DNA of 64,000 bases, taken from positions 4,952-68,951 of the forward strand of contig JAISAH010000084.1 in the NCBI GenBank assembly GCA_031266805.1. Direction: 5' to 3'. Source of the stretch: Gracilibacteraceae bacterium (GTDB taxonomy: Bacteria > Bacillota > Desulfitobacteriia > Desulfitobacteriales > Syntrophobotulaceae). Below the pieces are notes generated by a model. That model did no database searches. It was not told the DNA's origin and saw only the letters and a program-made list of their open reading frames with translations. Shown here piece by piece: positions 52,518-61,892 of the stretch (position 1 is the first letter of the stretch; each line of letters begins with the position of its first letter). Position numbers and translations under genes: made by a program.

Positions 52518-53153
52518 TTACCCCTTTGACTCCTGCGTGACAAAGAACTCGGCAAAATCCGGCAGCACGCTGGGTTCCACTACCGGGTCGAGCGCCAGCG
52601 AAGCGGAGACGCCGGCGCCGCCGTCCGCGATATTTTCGTTATACCACAAGATCAGGGCGGGACCGGTGCCTTCGCTTGTGTACACCGTGATCTGCTGTCC
52701 GCCGCTGAGCTCCGCCGTTTCCGTTTTCGGATAAGAGTTAAAATCGCCGGAGATCGCGAGCGCCTCGTCCGTTTCGGTCCTAGACGCGCGGTAAACGACG
52801 TTGACCGGGCCTTTGCCGGTTTCCATCACATAGGTCATCGACGCCACTTTATCGCCGATCATGCTGTATTGAGCGCTTTTCGCGAATTCATCCGGCGCGT
52901 AGAAATCAAAGCCCAGTTTGCCGCTAATCTCGTCCCCCGTCGATTCTACCAACGGATTGGGCACATCGACTGCGTCGTCCGGCGTTATTTCCGGTGTTTC
53001 GCCCGGCGTTACCTCCGGTGTTTCGCCGGACGTCTGCGGCGCGGCGGGAGGGGCCGAAGAGCCGCAAGCGGCGAACGCGAACCCTATGGCGGCGATGAGC
53101 GCCAAAATTCCCAGTTTAGTGAGGGCAGAATACTTCTTCATTTGAATATGCAT
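52518..53153 (-). CDS. Lipoprotein of unknown function
   Basis: ...LGILALIAAIGFAFAAC GSS lipobox followed by a (G)ETPE(V/I)TP repeat linker. The start (53153 or 53141) is uncertain. Confidence 0.6.
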   Translation of the reverse strand: MHIQMKKYSALTKLGILALIAAIGFAFAACGSSAPPAAPQTSGETPEVTPGETPEITPDDAVDVPNPLVESTGDEISGKLGFDFYAPDEFAKSAQYSMIGDKVASMTYVMETGKGPVNVVYRASRTETDEALAISGDFNSYPKTETAELSGGQQITVYTSEGTGPALILWYNENIADGGAGVSASLALDPVVEPSVLPDFAEFFVTQESKG

Positions 53154-53568
53154 ATCTTTTCTTTTTTTCTCCTTGTCTGTTTTCCAGAAATTACGAGTTG
53201 GACCCGTAAATATTATATCACGAATATAGCGATTTGTGAAATATTAATAAGCGACCGATGGGCGTGCGACAAATTTGGAGGTGCCGCGAAGCGGCGGAGG
53301 GGTCGCAATTGACAAACAGCCGTATTCGCGGTATCGTTAACATGACCCAGACTACGAACTCGCGCGCGCAGCGGATCACAAGGCGAGGGGATTGGAGTTT
53401 TACAGAAAATGGGTTAAACAATAATTCGCCGCGGCCTTTATGGAAAAATTTGGGACGGGCGTTTCCTTTTTTTCGGTTGCAAAAAAACCGCGGATATGAT
53501 ACACTTCAAAACGAAGCGGACGTTTGGGGGATCCCGGACTCCGTACACTAAACCGGGAGCGGAATAAA

Positions 53569-54177
53569 ATGGATAGATGGATAAGATGGGCCGGCACCGC
53601 CGCTTGGGTCATAGTGGCTCTGTTGATCGGGATAATGATCGGATTCAGCGTAGCGCCCAAGGTGATGCAACAACCCGGCCCCAGCGCGGCGCGGGAAGAA
53701 CCGGCGGCGGTGACCGCGCCGCCTCCCGCCGCGAACAGTGGCGCCGCGCCTTCCACGGTGACCGCGCCGCCGGAGGACGGTTTCGTCGCGCCGCCGAGTT
53801 CCGTGATCATGAACGCTATGGCCAACACCATCCGGGGCGGAGTGGTGCGCGATGATCCCAGCGGCGCGGGCGTCTCTGGCGGGACCCCTGCCATCGGCGG
53901 CGGCAGCTCTGCGGAAAGCGGCGCGAACACCGGCGACGGCTCGGCCACTGACGGCGCGGCGGAAAACGGCGCGGGCGCCGACAACCCATCCGCTGATAAC
54001 CCGGCGGACGGGACGCAGCCCGCCGCGCCGCCGGACAGCGGCACGGGCGCTGAGGGCGGAGCGGATACCGGCGGAGCGGGCGCGGCGGAAACACAAACGC
54101 CGCCGCCCGTCCAGTCGATCATCGGCGGCTTCGGCAGTTCCGGCGGTAATAACGGAAACACGGAGAATAATGATTAA
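53569..54177 (+). CDS. Single-pass membrane protein with a long Ala/Gly/Pro/Asp low-complexity tail
   Basis: MDRWIRWAGTAAWVIVALLIGIMIGF TM helix, then low complexity. The stop overlaps the hom ATG by 8 nt. Coding status is moderately uncertain because several frames are open in this GC-rich stretch. Confidence 0.45.
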   Translation: MDRWIRWAGTAAWVIVALLIGIMIGFSVAPKVMQQPGPSAAREEPAAVTAPPPAANSGAAPSTVTAPPEDGFVAPPSSVIMNAMANTIRGGVVRDDPSGAGVSGGTPAIGGGSSAESGANTGDGSATDGAAENGAGADNPSADNPADGTQPAAPPDSGTGAEGGADTGGAGAAETQTPPPVQSIIGGFGSSGGNNGNTENND

Positions 54178-55456
54178 TCAGAACATCAATATCGGTTTAT
54201 TGGGATTCGGCACGGTAGGCGGCGGCGTAGCCGCCGTTCTGGCGAAAAACGCCGCCGCCATCAACGCGCGGGCGGGCTGTAATTTGCGCATCAAAGCGGC
54301 CCTAGTGCGGGACCTGAGTAAAAACCGCGAAGCGGCGGGGACGCCTCTGACGACGGCGGCGGCGGATATCCTTCGCGACGACGACGTGCATATCGTCGCG
54401 GAGCTGATGGGGGGCGTGGAACCGGCGCGGACTTACGTGCTGGAAGCCCTGCGCCGCAAGAAAAGCGTCGTCACAGCCAACAAGGATCTTCTGGCTCTGC
54501 ACGCGGAGGAAATATTCCGCGTGGCGGAGGAAAACGGTCAGGACGTGTATTTTGAGGGCGCGGTCGCCGGCGGGATTCCGATCATAGCCGCCATACGCGC
54601 TTCTCTCACCGCCAATGACATTTCTTCCGTCATGGGCATCATCAACGGCACCACGAATTACATCCTGACGGCCATGACCGAGCAGGGCCGCGAGTTTGCG
54701 GCGGTGCTGCGCGAAGCGCAGGAACTCGGTTACGCCGAAAGCGACCCGACCGCCGACGTCGCGGGGCTGGACGCGGCGCGCAAACTGGCTATTTTAGCCA
54801 CACTGGCTTTCCATACCCAGGTGAGTCTGACCGATGTTTATGTGGAAGGCATAACGGATATCACCGCCTCTGATATAAGTTATGCCCGGGAGTTAGGCTG
54901 CGTCATAAAATTGCTGGCCATCGCTCGAAAAACCGATGAAGGCGTGGAGGCGCGCGTTCATCCGGCGCTTTTGCCGGAGCGGCACCCGCTGGCGACGGTG
55001 CGGGACGTGTTCAACGCCGTATACGTGGTCGGGGACGCTTTGGGCGAAAGCATGTTTTACGGCCGCGGCGCCGGCGCTTTGCCCACGGCCAGCGCCGTCC
55101 TGAGCGATATCATCCAGGTGGCGCGCAACCGGAATACCGGCGGACAGGGCCGTCTCGGTCTGGACGCCGACCAGCGGCTGCCGGTAAAACCAGCCCGCGA
55201 TTACCGGAGCAGCTATTACATCCGTTTGAAAGTCAAAGACGAACCCCGGGTTTTCGCCAGTTTAGCCTCGTTTTTTGCCGAGGCGGACATAAGTTTCGCT
55301 TCCATCATCCAGAAACCGCGGCGGGGCGGCGCCGCGGAAATCGTGCTGATGACGCACCCCTGCCGGGAAAGTCAGCTGGAGCAGGCGCTGACCTCCATGC
55401 GCGCTTACAGTAAATTGGATAAAATATACAACAAAATCCGCGTTTTACACGATTGA
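54170..55456 (+). CDS. hom: Homoserine dehydrogenase
   Basis: MINQNINIGLLGFGTVGGGV...NGTTNYILT...AESDPTADV.G.D...KL.IL.... C-terminal ACT domain. Confidence 0.92.
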   Translation: MINQNINIGLLGFGTVGGGVAAVLAKNAAAINARAGCNLRIKAALVRDLSKNREAAGTPLTTAAADILRDDDVHIVAELMGGVEPARTYVLEALRRKKSVVTANKDLLALHAEEIFRVAEENGQDVYFEGAVAGGIPIIAAIRASLTANDISSVMGIINGTTNYILTAMTEQGREFAAVLREAQELGYAESDPTADVAGLDAARKLAILATLAFHTQVSLTDVYVEGITDITASDISYARELGCVIKLLAIARKTDEGVEARVHPALLPERHPLATVRDVFNAVYVVGDALGESMFYGRGAGALPTASAVLSDIIQVARNRNTGGQGRLGLDADQRLPVKPARDYRSSYYIRLKVKDEPRVFASLASFFAEADISFASIIQKPRRGGAAEIVLMTHPCRESQLEQALTSMRAYSKLDKIYNKIRVLHD

Positions 55457-55486
55457 GTTCGCCGGCGATCTACGGGGGTAATTTTA

Positions 55487-56386
55487 ATGCTTGAGGTAAA
55501 GGTGCCCGCCACGTCAGCTAATCTGGGCGCCGGTTTTGACTGTATGGGTCTGGCCGTTCAACTTTACAACAGTTTTACCGCCGCGCCCGCCGACGCGCCG
55601 GAATTCATCCTCAAAGGCGATTATACCGCCGGCATAGCCGCGGGAGAGGACAATCTGCTCTGGCGGTCGGCCTGTTATTTATGGAAAAAATTGGATATAC
55701 AGCCCGTGCCCTTGCGGATCTGCTGTGAAAATCACGTACCGCCGGCCCGCGGTTTGGGTAGCAGTTCCACCGCGGTGGTAGGCGGGCTGCTCACGGCCAA
55801 TTATTTTTCCGGCGAGCCACTGAGCCGGTTCGAACTGCTGGAAATGGCCACGGACATAGAGGGGCATCCCGATAATGTAGCGCCGGCGCTGTACGGCGGG
55901 GTAACTCTGACGGTGAAGACGGAAAAAAGCGTTGTTTTTCGCGGGCTGGGGCGCGCTCCCGGACTCAGTCTCGCGGTGATCGTGCCGGAATACACCGTCG
56001 AAACAGAGAAGGCCCGCGCCCTCCTCCCCGCCAAGGTGTCCCGCGCCGACGCCGTATTCAACGCTTCCCGCGTCGGTTTGCTCACGGACGCTTTTTTGCG
56101 CGGGGAATACTCTCTGCTCAGCGTGGGGACGGAGGACAGATTGCATCAGCGCCAGCGGGCCTCTTTGACGCCCGGTCTGGAGACGCTGCTCGGCAAAGCG
56201 GAGGCTATGGGCGCTTACGGGGCGGCGCTCAGCGGTTCAGGCCCGGCGGTGATCGCTTTTTGCCGGCCCGGCGCCGGAAAGGGGGTGGCGGCAGGCATGG
56301 CCGGAGTGCTGTGGGAACTGGGTATAAACGCCAAGGCTTTTTCAACGGAAATCGACGCGGCGGGCGCGGCGACGCGAGAGGTATGA
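55487..56386 (+). CDS. thrB: Homoserine kinase
   Basis: VKVPATSANLGAGFDCMGLA...PPARGLGSSS...GHPDNVAPALYGG...SGSGPAV. Confidence 0.92.
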   Translation: MLEVKVPATSANLGAGFDCMGLAVQLYNSFTAAPADAPEFILKGDYTAGIAAGEDNLLWRSACYLWKKLDIQPVPLRICCENHVPPARGLGSSSTAVVGGLLTANYFSGEPLSRFELLEMATDIEGHPDNVAPALYGGVTLTVKTEKSVVFRGLGRAPGLSLAVIVPEYTVETEKARALLPAKVSRADAVFNASRVGLLTDAFLRGEYSLLSVGTEDRLHQRQRASLTPGLETLLGKAEAMGAYGAALSGSGPAVIAFCRPGAGKGVAAGMAGVLWELGINAKAFSTEIDAAGAATREV

Positions 56387-57576
56387 GAATGAAATCGAAG
56401 AAACCGAGGGAAATGGGGAAAATATTGCCGGCGTTGTGTATAGCGCTCCTGCTTGCGCTGACCGCGGCCGGCTGCGGCACGACCACAAGCGCAAAAACTA
56501 TGCTGGAGCTGAATCAGGAGTACAGCGCCATGACGGTCGTCGAGTCTTCGGGCGGGGTCAAAATGGACATCACCCTGTCGAATACGGTGAACGACAGGCT
56601 CGGTTCCGAAATGGAGCAGCTGCTTGACATGTTCAAGCAAATATCTTATTCCAGCAAGTCGGATCAGGTCAATATGACCGGCGATGTGGCCATACAGGCC
56701 GGCGGCAGCGAACTGCTGCGCCTCGTCATGGACGGGCCGGGCGGAGCTTATTATGTAGGTATAGCCGGTTTTATTGACATGGCCAGGAATTTTGAAGCCG
56801 CCACAGGGGACGCCGAATCCGCCTCTGAGCCCTCTCTCAGCAAAGAATTGGCAGCGGATCTGCGGGGCAATCAATGGATAAAGTTCGAGTTGCCGGACGA
56901 CTCAAAGTACCTCGCGGGCAGAGAATTGCTGGCTGATTATTTGCTTGGTTTGGATAACGAAGTGTTTACGGATTTTGACAGCGGTTTTGTGAAGGCGGTC
57001 AGCGGCGGATTTGAATTTAAGGTCACTTATGAACAACTGGGGGCCTATGTGCAGAGCCTTGGCGGCTATATTTTGGAAAATTTAGATAAATTTGTTAATT
57101 ACACAAAAACCTTTTTACAGGGTTTGACTGAGGAACAAATGTCCGCGTTTGGGTTGACCGCGGATATGCGGGATAAAGTGATCAATGAGCTGGATACTTT
57201 TGTCGCTCCGGAAAACAAAACGCTGTATGAAAATAATCTCGCCATGGCCGTTCAGGTGATTCAAACGCCGGATGTCGCTAAAATATTCGGCGGCAGCTAT
57301 ATCGACCTGAAGCTGACGAAAAGCGGGGAGACCTTCACTTGGGCTTGCGACCTGCTGGTCAACCTGAATTTTGCGGGCTCCAGCATCGGGGCGCTGTTTG
57401 GCGTTGATTTTGGCGACAATTCCATCCGTTTTACATTTGACGAACAGGCAAAACCGCTTGCCTCCTTTACTCCGGAAATACCGGCGAGCGGCGTTATCGA
57501 CGCCGGGGACACGAAATATTTCACGGTCAGCGATATGGGTTATCCCATGATTAATCCGTATGCAACCGTGGAATAA
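56383..57576 (+). CDS. Lipoprotein, tandem paralog A (unknown function)
   Basis: MRMKSKKPREMGKILPALCIALLLALTAAGC G lipobox. The ATG overlaps the thrB stop (ATGA); the ATG at 56389 is an alternative. Confidence 0.7.
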   Translation: MRMKSKKPREMGKILPALCIALLLALTAAGCGTTTSAKTMLELNQEYSAMTVVESSGGVKMDITLSNTVNDRLGSEMEQLLDMFKQISYSSKSDQVNMTGDVAIQAGGSELLRLVMDGPGGAYYVGIAGFIDMARNFEAATGDAESASEPSLSKELAADLRGNQWIKFELPDDSKYLAGRELLADYLLGLDNEVFTDFDSGFVKAVSGGFEFKVTYEQLGAYVQSLGGYILENLDKFVNYTKTFLQGLTEEQMSAFGLTADMRDKVINELDTFVAPENKTLYENNLAMAVQVIQTPDVAKIFGGSYIDLKLTKSGETFTWACDLLVNLNFAGSSIGALFGVDFGDNSIRFTFDEQAKPLASFTPEIPASGVIDAGDTKYFTVSDMGYPMINPYATVE

Positions 57577-57695
57577 ACCGAGTTGCTCGGCCCGGAAAGG
57601 AGGTGGTGGAGGCGCGGCAAATTTAGATACATCAGACAATTAACGGGTTTCAGGCGCTATGAACGGAATCGAGTAATTATGAAAAACCAGGAGGT

Positions 57696-58874
57696 ATGAG
57701 AATGAAACTGAGGAAAATGGGGAAAATACTGCCGGCGCTGTGTATAGCGCTCCTGTTTGCGCTGATCGCGGCTGGCTGCGGCCCGGCCGAAACCCCAAAA
57801 ACCATGCTGGAGCTGAATCAGGAGTACAGCGCCCTGACGGTCTTTGAGTCTTCGGGCGGGATCAACATGGACATCACCTTGTCGGATACAGTGAATGACA
57901 TGGTCGGCGGCGAATTGCAGCCGATACTTGACCTTTTCAAACAAATGACATATTCGAGTAAGTCGGACGCGGTCAATATGAGCGCCGACGCTACCGTATT
58001 GTCCGGCGGAAACGAACTGTTTCACGTCGTCATGGACGGACCGGGAGAAGCTTATTACATGGATATGACCGGCCTTATCGACGCTATGAAGAATATTGAC
58101 GCTTCCGGCGCCCCCTCCGGTTTTGACTTTTTCCCCGAAGAACTGGAAGCGGATCTGCAGGGCAATCAGTGGGTAAAGATCAACTTCCCGGACAGCTCAG
58201 TGTATGTCGCGGCCAGGGAATTGATAGCTGATTATATGCTGGGTTTAGACAACGAAGTGTTTACAAATTTTGACAGCGGTTTTGTGAAGGCGATCAGCGG
58301 CGGGTATGAATTTAAGGTCACTTATGAGCAGCTGGGCCCCTACATCCAAGCTCTCGGGACCTATGTTCTGGAAAATTTAGATGCTTTTGTCAGTTACACA
58401 AAAACCTTTTTGCAGGGTTTGACAGAGGAACAGCTGGACTCGATCGGGCTGACTGCGGATATGCGAGATGAAGCTATCGCGGGGCTGGATGATCTGGCCG
58501 CGCCGGAAAACAAAGCGCTGTATGAAAGCTCTCTCGCCTCGGCCGTCTCAACCATCCAAATGCCGGATATCGCCAGTATACTCGGCGGCAGCTATATCGA
58601 CCTGAAGCTGACGAAAAGCGGGGAGACCTTTACCTGGGCTTACGATTTTCTGATCAACCTGAATTTTGAGGGTTCCAGCCTCGGGGCGCTGTTTGGCGTT
58701 GATTTCGGCAATAACGCCATCCGCATCACGGTTGACGAACAGACAAAACCGATCGACTCCTTTACGCCGGAAATACCGACGAGCAGCATCATCGACGCCG
58801 AGGACACGGAATATTTCGCGGGCGTTGATTTAGGGCTGGGTTCCGCATTTGATCCCTACGCTTTCGGTTATTGA
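57696..58874 (+). CDS. Lipoprotein, tandem paralog B (unknown function)
   Basis: MRMKLRKMGKILPALCIALLFALIAAGC G. Roughly two-thirds identical to paralog A by eye, including the RBS-start string GAGGTATGAGAATGAAA. Confidence 0.7.
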   Translation: MRMKLRKMGKILPALCIALLFALIAAGCGPAETPKTMLELNQEYSALTVFESSGGINMDITLSDTVNDMVGGELQPILDLFKQMTYSSKSDAVNMSADATVLSGGNELFHVVMDGPGEAYYMDMTGLIDAMKNIDASGAPSGFDFFPEELEADLQGNQWVKINFPDSSVYVAARELIADYMLGLDNEVFTNFDSGFVKAISGGYEFKVTYEQLGPYIQALGTYVLENLDAFVSYTKTFLQGLTEEQLDSIGLTADMRDEAIAGLDDLAAPENKALYESSLASAVSTIQMPDIASILGGSYIDLKLTKSGETFTWAYDFLINLNFEGSSLGALFGVDFGNNAIRITVDEQTKPIDSFTPEIPTSSIIDAEDTEYFAGVDLGLGSAFDPYAFGY

Positions 58875-58903
58875 GAAACCGGGTGAACTAAACCGATTTG
58901 CTC

Positions 58904-58935
58904 TTTCGCGTCCCGGCTGTCGCCGGGACGCGAAA
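58904..58935 (+). terminator. Perfect 14-bp stem-loop after paralog B
   Basis: TTTCGCGTCCCGGC-TGTC-GCCGGGACGCGAAA. The T-run is weak. Confidence 0.45.
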
Positions 58936-58959
58936 ATTAGGGGCGGCGTCTCGACGCCC

Positions 58960-58977
58960 CGCCGCCTGAGCCAATAC
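58960..58977. repeat. Dispersed repeat family 2, copy B (CGCCGCCTGAGCCAATAC)
   Basis: Identical 18-mer to 28928-28945. Preceded by a GGGGCG...CGCCCC hairpin containing CGTCTCGACGCC, related to CGTCGAGGACGCC in copy A. Confidence 0.6.
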
Positions 58978-58984
58978 GGGGAAG

Positions 58985-59590
58985 GTGATGGAATATATGG
59001 ATAAAAAACGGGCGGTATTAAGCGTCTCAGATAAGACCGGTCTGGTGGATTTTGCCGCGGGTCTCACGGCGGCGGGCTATGAAATCGTTTCTACCGGCGG
59101 GACTCTGGCGGCGCTGCGGGCGGCGGGCGTCCCGACCGTCTATGTCAGCGACGTGACCGGTTTTCCGGAGATTCTGGACGGGCGGGTCAAAACCTTGCAT
59201 CCCCTGATCCACGGCGGCATACTGGCGCGGGACACGGAGGCCCACCGCGCTCAGTGCGCGCGGGAAGGCATCACCTTCATTGACATCGTGGCTGTGAATC
59301 TGTATCCGTTTCAGGCGGCGGCGGCCAAAAAAGACGCGACCTGGACGGAGATCATCGAAAATATCGACATCGGCGGTCCGGCCCTCGTCCGCGCCGCGGC
59401 TAAAAACCAGGAGCGGGTGACGGTGATCGTCAACCCGAGCGCCTACCCGGAAGTGCTGTCCATCCTGCGAAGCAAAGGCGCGGTCCCGCCGGAGACGCGC
59501 CGGCGGCTGGCGCTGGAAGCGTTCGCCCATACGGCCGCCTATGACAAAGCGATCGCGGATTATCTGGCCAAGGCGGAGGTCTGCCCGTGA
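58985..59590 (+). CDS. purH: Stand-alone IMP cyclohydrolase (MGS-like N-terminal domain of PurH only)
   Basis: KRAVLSVSDKTGLVDFA..L...GYEIVSTGGT...GRVKTLHPLIHGGIL...DIVAVNLYPF...IENIDIGGPALVRAAAKN. It ends after about 200 aa with no AICAR transformylase domain. The start is probably the ATG at 58997. Confidence 0.8.
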   Translation: MMEYMDKKRAVLSVSDKTGLVDFAAGLTAAGYEIVSTGGTLAALRAAGVPTVYVSDVTGFPEILDGRVKTLHPLIHGGILARDTEAHRAQCAREGITFIDIVAVNLYPFQAAAAKKDATWTEIIENIDIGGPALVRAAAKNQERVTVIVNPSAYPEVLSILRSKGAVPPETRRRLALEAFAHTAAYDKAIADYLAKAEVCP

Positions 59591-60828
59591 ATATTCTGGT
59601 GGTCGGCGGCGGCGGCCGCGAACACGCCTTAGCCTGGAAAATAGCGGCCAGCCCCCTTTGTCGCCGGCTGTACGTCGCTCCCGGCAACGGCGGCACGGCG
59701 GAATGGAATGTGCCGATTGCCGCCGGTGATATTCCCGCGCTGACGGAATTCGCCCTCCGGCAAAAAGTGGATCTGACCGTGATCGGGCCGGAGGAACCGC
59801 TGACTTTAGGGCTGGCCGACGCCCTGCGCGCGGAAAACCTGGCCGTGTTTGGGCCGGGGCGTCTGGCGGCGCGGCTGGAGGGCAGCAAGGCTTTTGCCAA
59901 GGAAGTCATGGCGGCGGCGGGAGTGCCGGCGGCGGCGAGCCGCGTCTTTACGGAGCAGGCCGCCGCCCTCGCCTATATCGACGAGACCGGCGCCCCCATC
60001 GTGATCAAGGCGGACGGTCTGGCCGCCGGCAAAGGCGTGATCGTGGCCCGGACACAGGCGGAGGCGCGGCAGGCTGTGCAGAGTATCATGGGCGGCGCTT
60101 TCGGGGCGGCCGGGGCCCGGATCTTGATCGAGGAATGCCTGACCGGCCGGGAAGTCAGTTTACTCTGTTTTTGCGACGGGGAAACGGCCCGGCCGATGGT
60201 GGCCGTGCAGGATCACAAGCGGGCCCGCGACGGCGACGAAGGGCCGAATACCGGCGGCATGGGCGTCTGCGCGCCGCCGCCTTTTTGGACGCCGGCGCTG
60301 GAAGCGGAAGCGATGGCGAAGGTGGTCCGGCCGACGCTCCTGGAAATGAAGCGGCGCGGCGCCCCTTTCACGGGAACGCTTTTTGTCGGCCTGATGCTGA
60401 CCGCGGACGGACTGCGGGTGCTGGAATACAACGTTCGTTTTGGCGATCCGGAAACCCAGGCGCTGATGATGCTCCTGCGCTCGGATATCGTGCCCCTTCT
60501 CGCGGCCTGCGCCAGCGGCGGCCTGAACATGGCGGCAGCGCTTTGGCGGCCGGAGGCGGCCGTCTGCGTCGTCATGGCGGCGCCGGGTTATCCGGGCGCT
60601 TATCCCCGAGATATCCCCATCACGCTGCCGCGGGAAATACCGGAATACGCGGCTGTTTTTCACGCCGGCACGATCTGGCGGGAGGACGCTCTCCTGAGCG
60701 CGGGCGGCCGCGTTCTCGGCGTCACGGCCCGGGGCCCCGATCTGGCGGCGGCCCGGGCCAGGGCTTACGCCCTGACGGAGGAGATCGGTTTTCCCGGCGC
60801 CCATTTTCGCCGGGATATCGCGCGATGA
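59587..60828 (+). CDS. purD: Phosphoribosylamine-glycine ligase
   Basis: VNILVVGGGGREHALAWK...VIKADGLAAGKGV...NVRFGDPETQ.... GTG start overlaps the upstream stop. Confidence 0.93.
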   Translation: MNILVVGGGGREHALAWKIAASPLCRRLYVAPGNGGTAEWNVPIAAGDIPALTEFALRQKVDLTVIGPEEPLTLGLADALRAENLAVFGPGRLAARLEGSKAFAKEVMAAAGVPAAASRVFTEQAAALAYIDETGAPIVIKADGLAAGKGVIVARTQAEARQAVQSIMGGAFGAAGARILIEECLTGREVSLLCFCDGETARPMVAVQDHKRARDGDEGPNTGGMGVCAPPPFWTPALEAEAMAKVVRPTLLEMKRRGAPFTGTLFVGLMLTADGLRVLEYNVRFGDPETQALMMLLRSDIVPLLAACASGGLNMAAALWRPEAAVCVVMAAPGYPGAYPRDIPITLPREIPEYAAVFHAGTIWREDALLSAGGRVLGVTARGPDLAAARARAYALTEEIGFPGAHFRRDIAR

Positions 60829-61892
60829 AAAAAATACTGGCCGTTGACGACAATATCGCCAATCTGAAGCAGATTTCCGCGCTGCTGGGCGGTGAATTTG
60901 CCGTGATGCTGGCGGATTCCGGGGCGATGGCCCTGCGTCTCAGCGGCGCGGAACAGCCGGATCTTATTTTGCTCGACGTGCAGATGCCGGAGATGGACGG
61001 TCTGGAAACGCTGACCCGCCTGAAAAAAGACGCCGCCTTAAGTCATATCCCCGTCATTTTCCTCACGGGGCTCAACGACGCCGAGACCGAAGTTCGGGCG
61101 CTGGCTCTGGGCGCGATGGATTTCGTTTCCAAACCGATCGACCGGGAGATCCTCCTGCACCGGATCAGGCTGCAATTGCAGTATTCCGAGTATCAGCTTT
61201 CTCTGGAGCAGACGGTAAGGGATCTGGAATATAACATCGTTGTTTCTTTTGCCGAACTGATCGAGTGCAAGGATGAAAACGTGGGCGGCCACATCATGCG
61301 CACGGGTCAATATGTCGGGCTGCTGGCCCGCCGTCTTCTGGCGGACGGCTGTTACGGCGCCCGGCTGACGGAGCGCGACGCGGAGATGATGATCCACGCG
61401 GCCCCTTTTCATGATATCGGCAAAATAGGGGTCAGCGACGTGCTGCTGCTGAAACCGGGCGAGCTGACCGACGACGAGTTCCGGGCGGTCATGCGGCACA
61501 CGACCATAGGCGCGCGGGTGATAGACACGATTTACCGCCGGACGCCGACGATGGATTTTCTGCCGATGGCGCGGCAGATGGCCGAATCGCATCACGAAAA
61601 ATGGAACGGCGCCGGCTATCCCGCCGGTCTGCGCGGGGAGGAGATCCCCCTTTGCTGCCGTATCCTCTCGGTCGCCAATGTGTACGATTCCTGCGTGACG
61701 AGCCGCAAACACCGTCCGGCCATGAGCCACGCGGAGGTGTGCGCCCTGATCGCGGCGGGCAGCGGCGCCGATTTTGATCCTCGCGTGGCAACGGCTTTCC
61801 AGGCGGTGGCCGATCAGTTTGAAAAAATCGACAAGCAATTTGAGCCCATCATTACAGTCCCTAACGAGCTGGAATGGAGTTTACTGCCGTGA
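60825..61892 (+). CDS. Response-regulator receiver fused to an HD-GYP domain (RpfG-like), paralog 1
   Basis: MKKILAVDDN...DLILLDVQMPEMDG...; HDIGKIGV and HHEKWNGAGYP motifs. The ATG overlaps the purD stop (ATGA). Confidence 0.87.
   Translation: MKKILAVDDNIANLKQISALLGGEFAVMLADSGAMALRLSGAEQPDLILLDVQMPEMDGLETLTRLKKDAALSHIPVIFLTGLNDAETEVRALALGAMDFVSKPIDREILLHRIRLQLQYSEYQLSLEQTVRDLEYNIVVSFAELIECKDENVGGHIMRTGQYVGLLARRLLADGCYGARLTERDAEMMIHAAPFHDIGKIGVSDVLLLKPGELTDDEFRAVMRHTTIGARVIDTIYRRTPTMDFLPMARQMAESHHEKWNGAGYPAGLRGEEIPLCCRILSVANVYDSCVTSRKHRPAMSHAEVCALIAAGSGADFDPRVATAFQAVADQFEKIDKQFEPIITVPNELEWSLLP

Noticed and set aside
53276-53292. T-box-like string TGGAGGTGCCGCG in the spacer upstream of hom
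   Set aside because: It matches only about 10 of 13 positions of the T-box core. It is about 280 nt from the next start codon. There is no adjacent terminator/antiterminator pair and not enough upstream sequence for Stem I. This is insufficient to call a T-box leader.
53400-54161. 253-aa minus-strand ORF and several other frames open across 53.5-54.2 kb
   Set aside because: This is a GC-rich low-complexity stretch that is open in many frames. The plus-strand frame was preferred only because it has an N-terminal TM helix and overlaps the hom start. Even that call is given low confidence.
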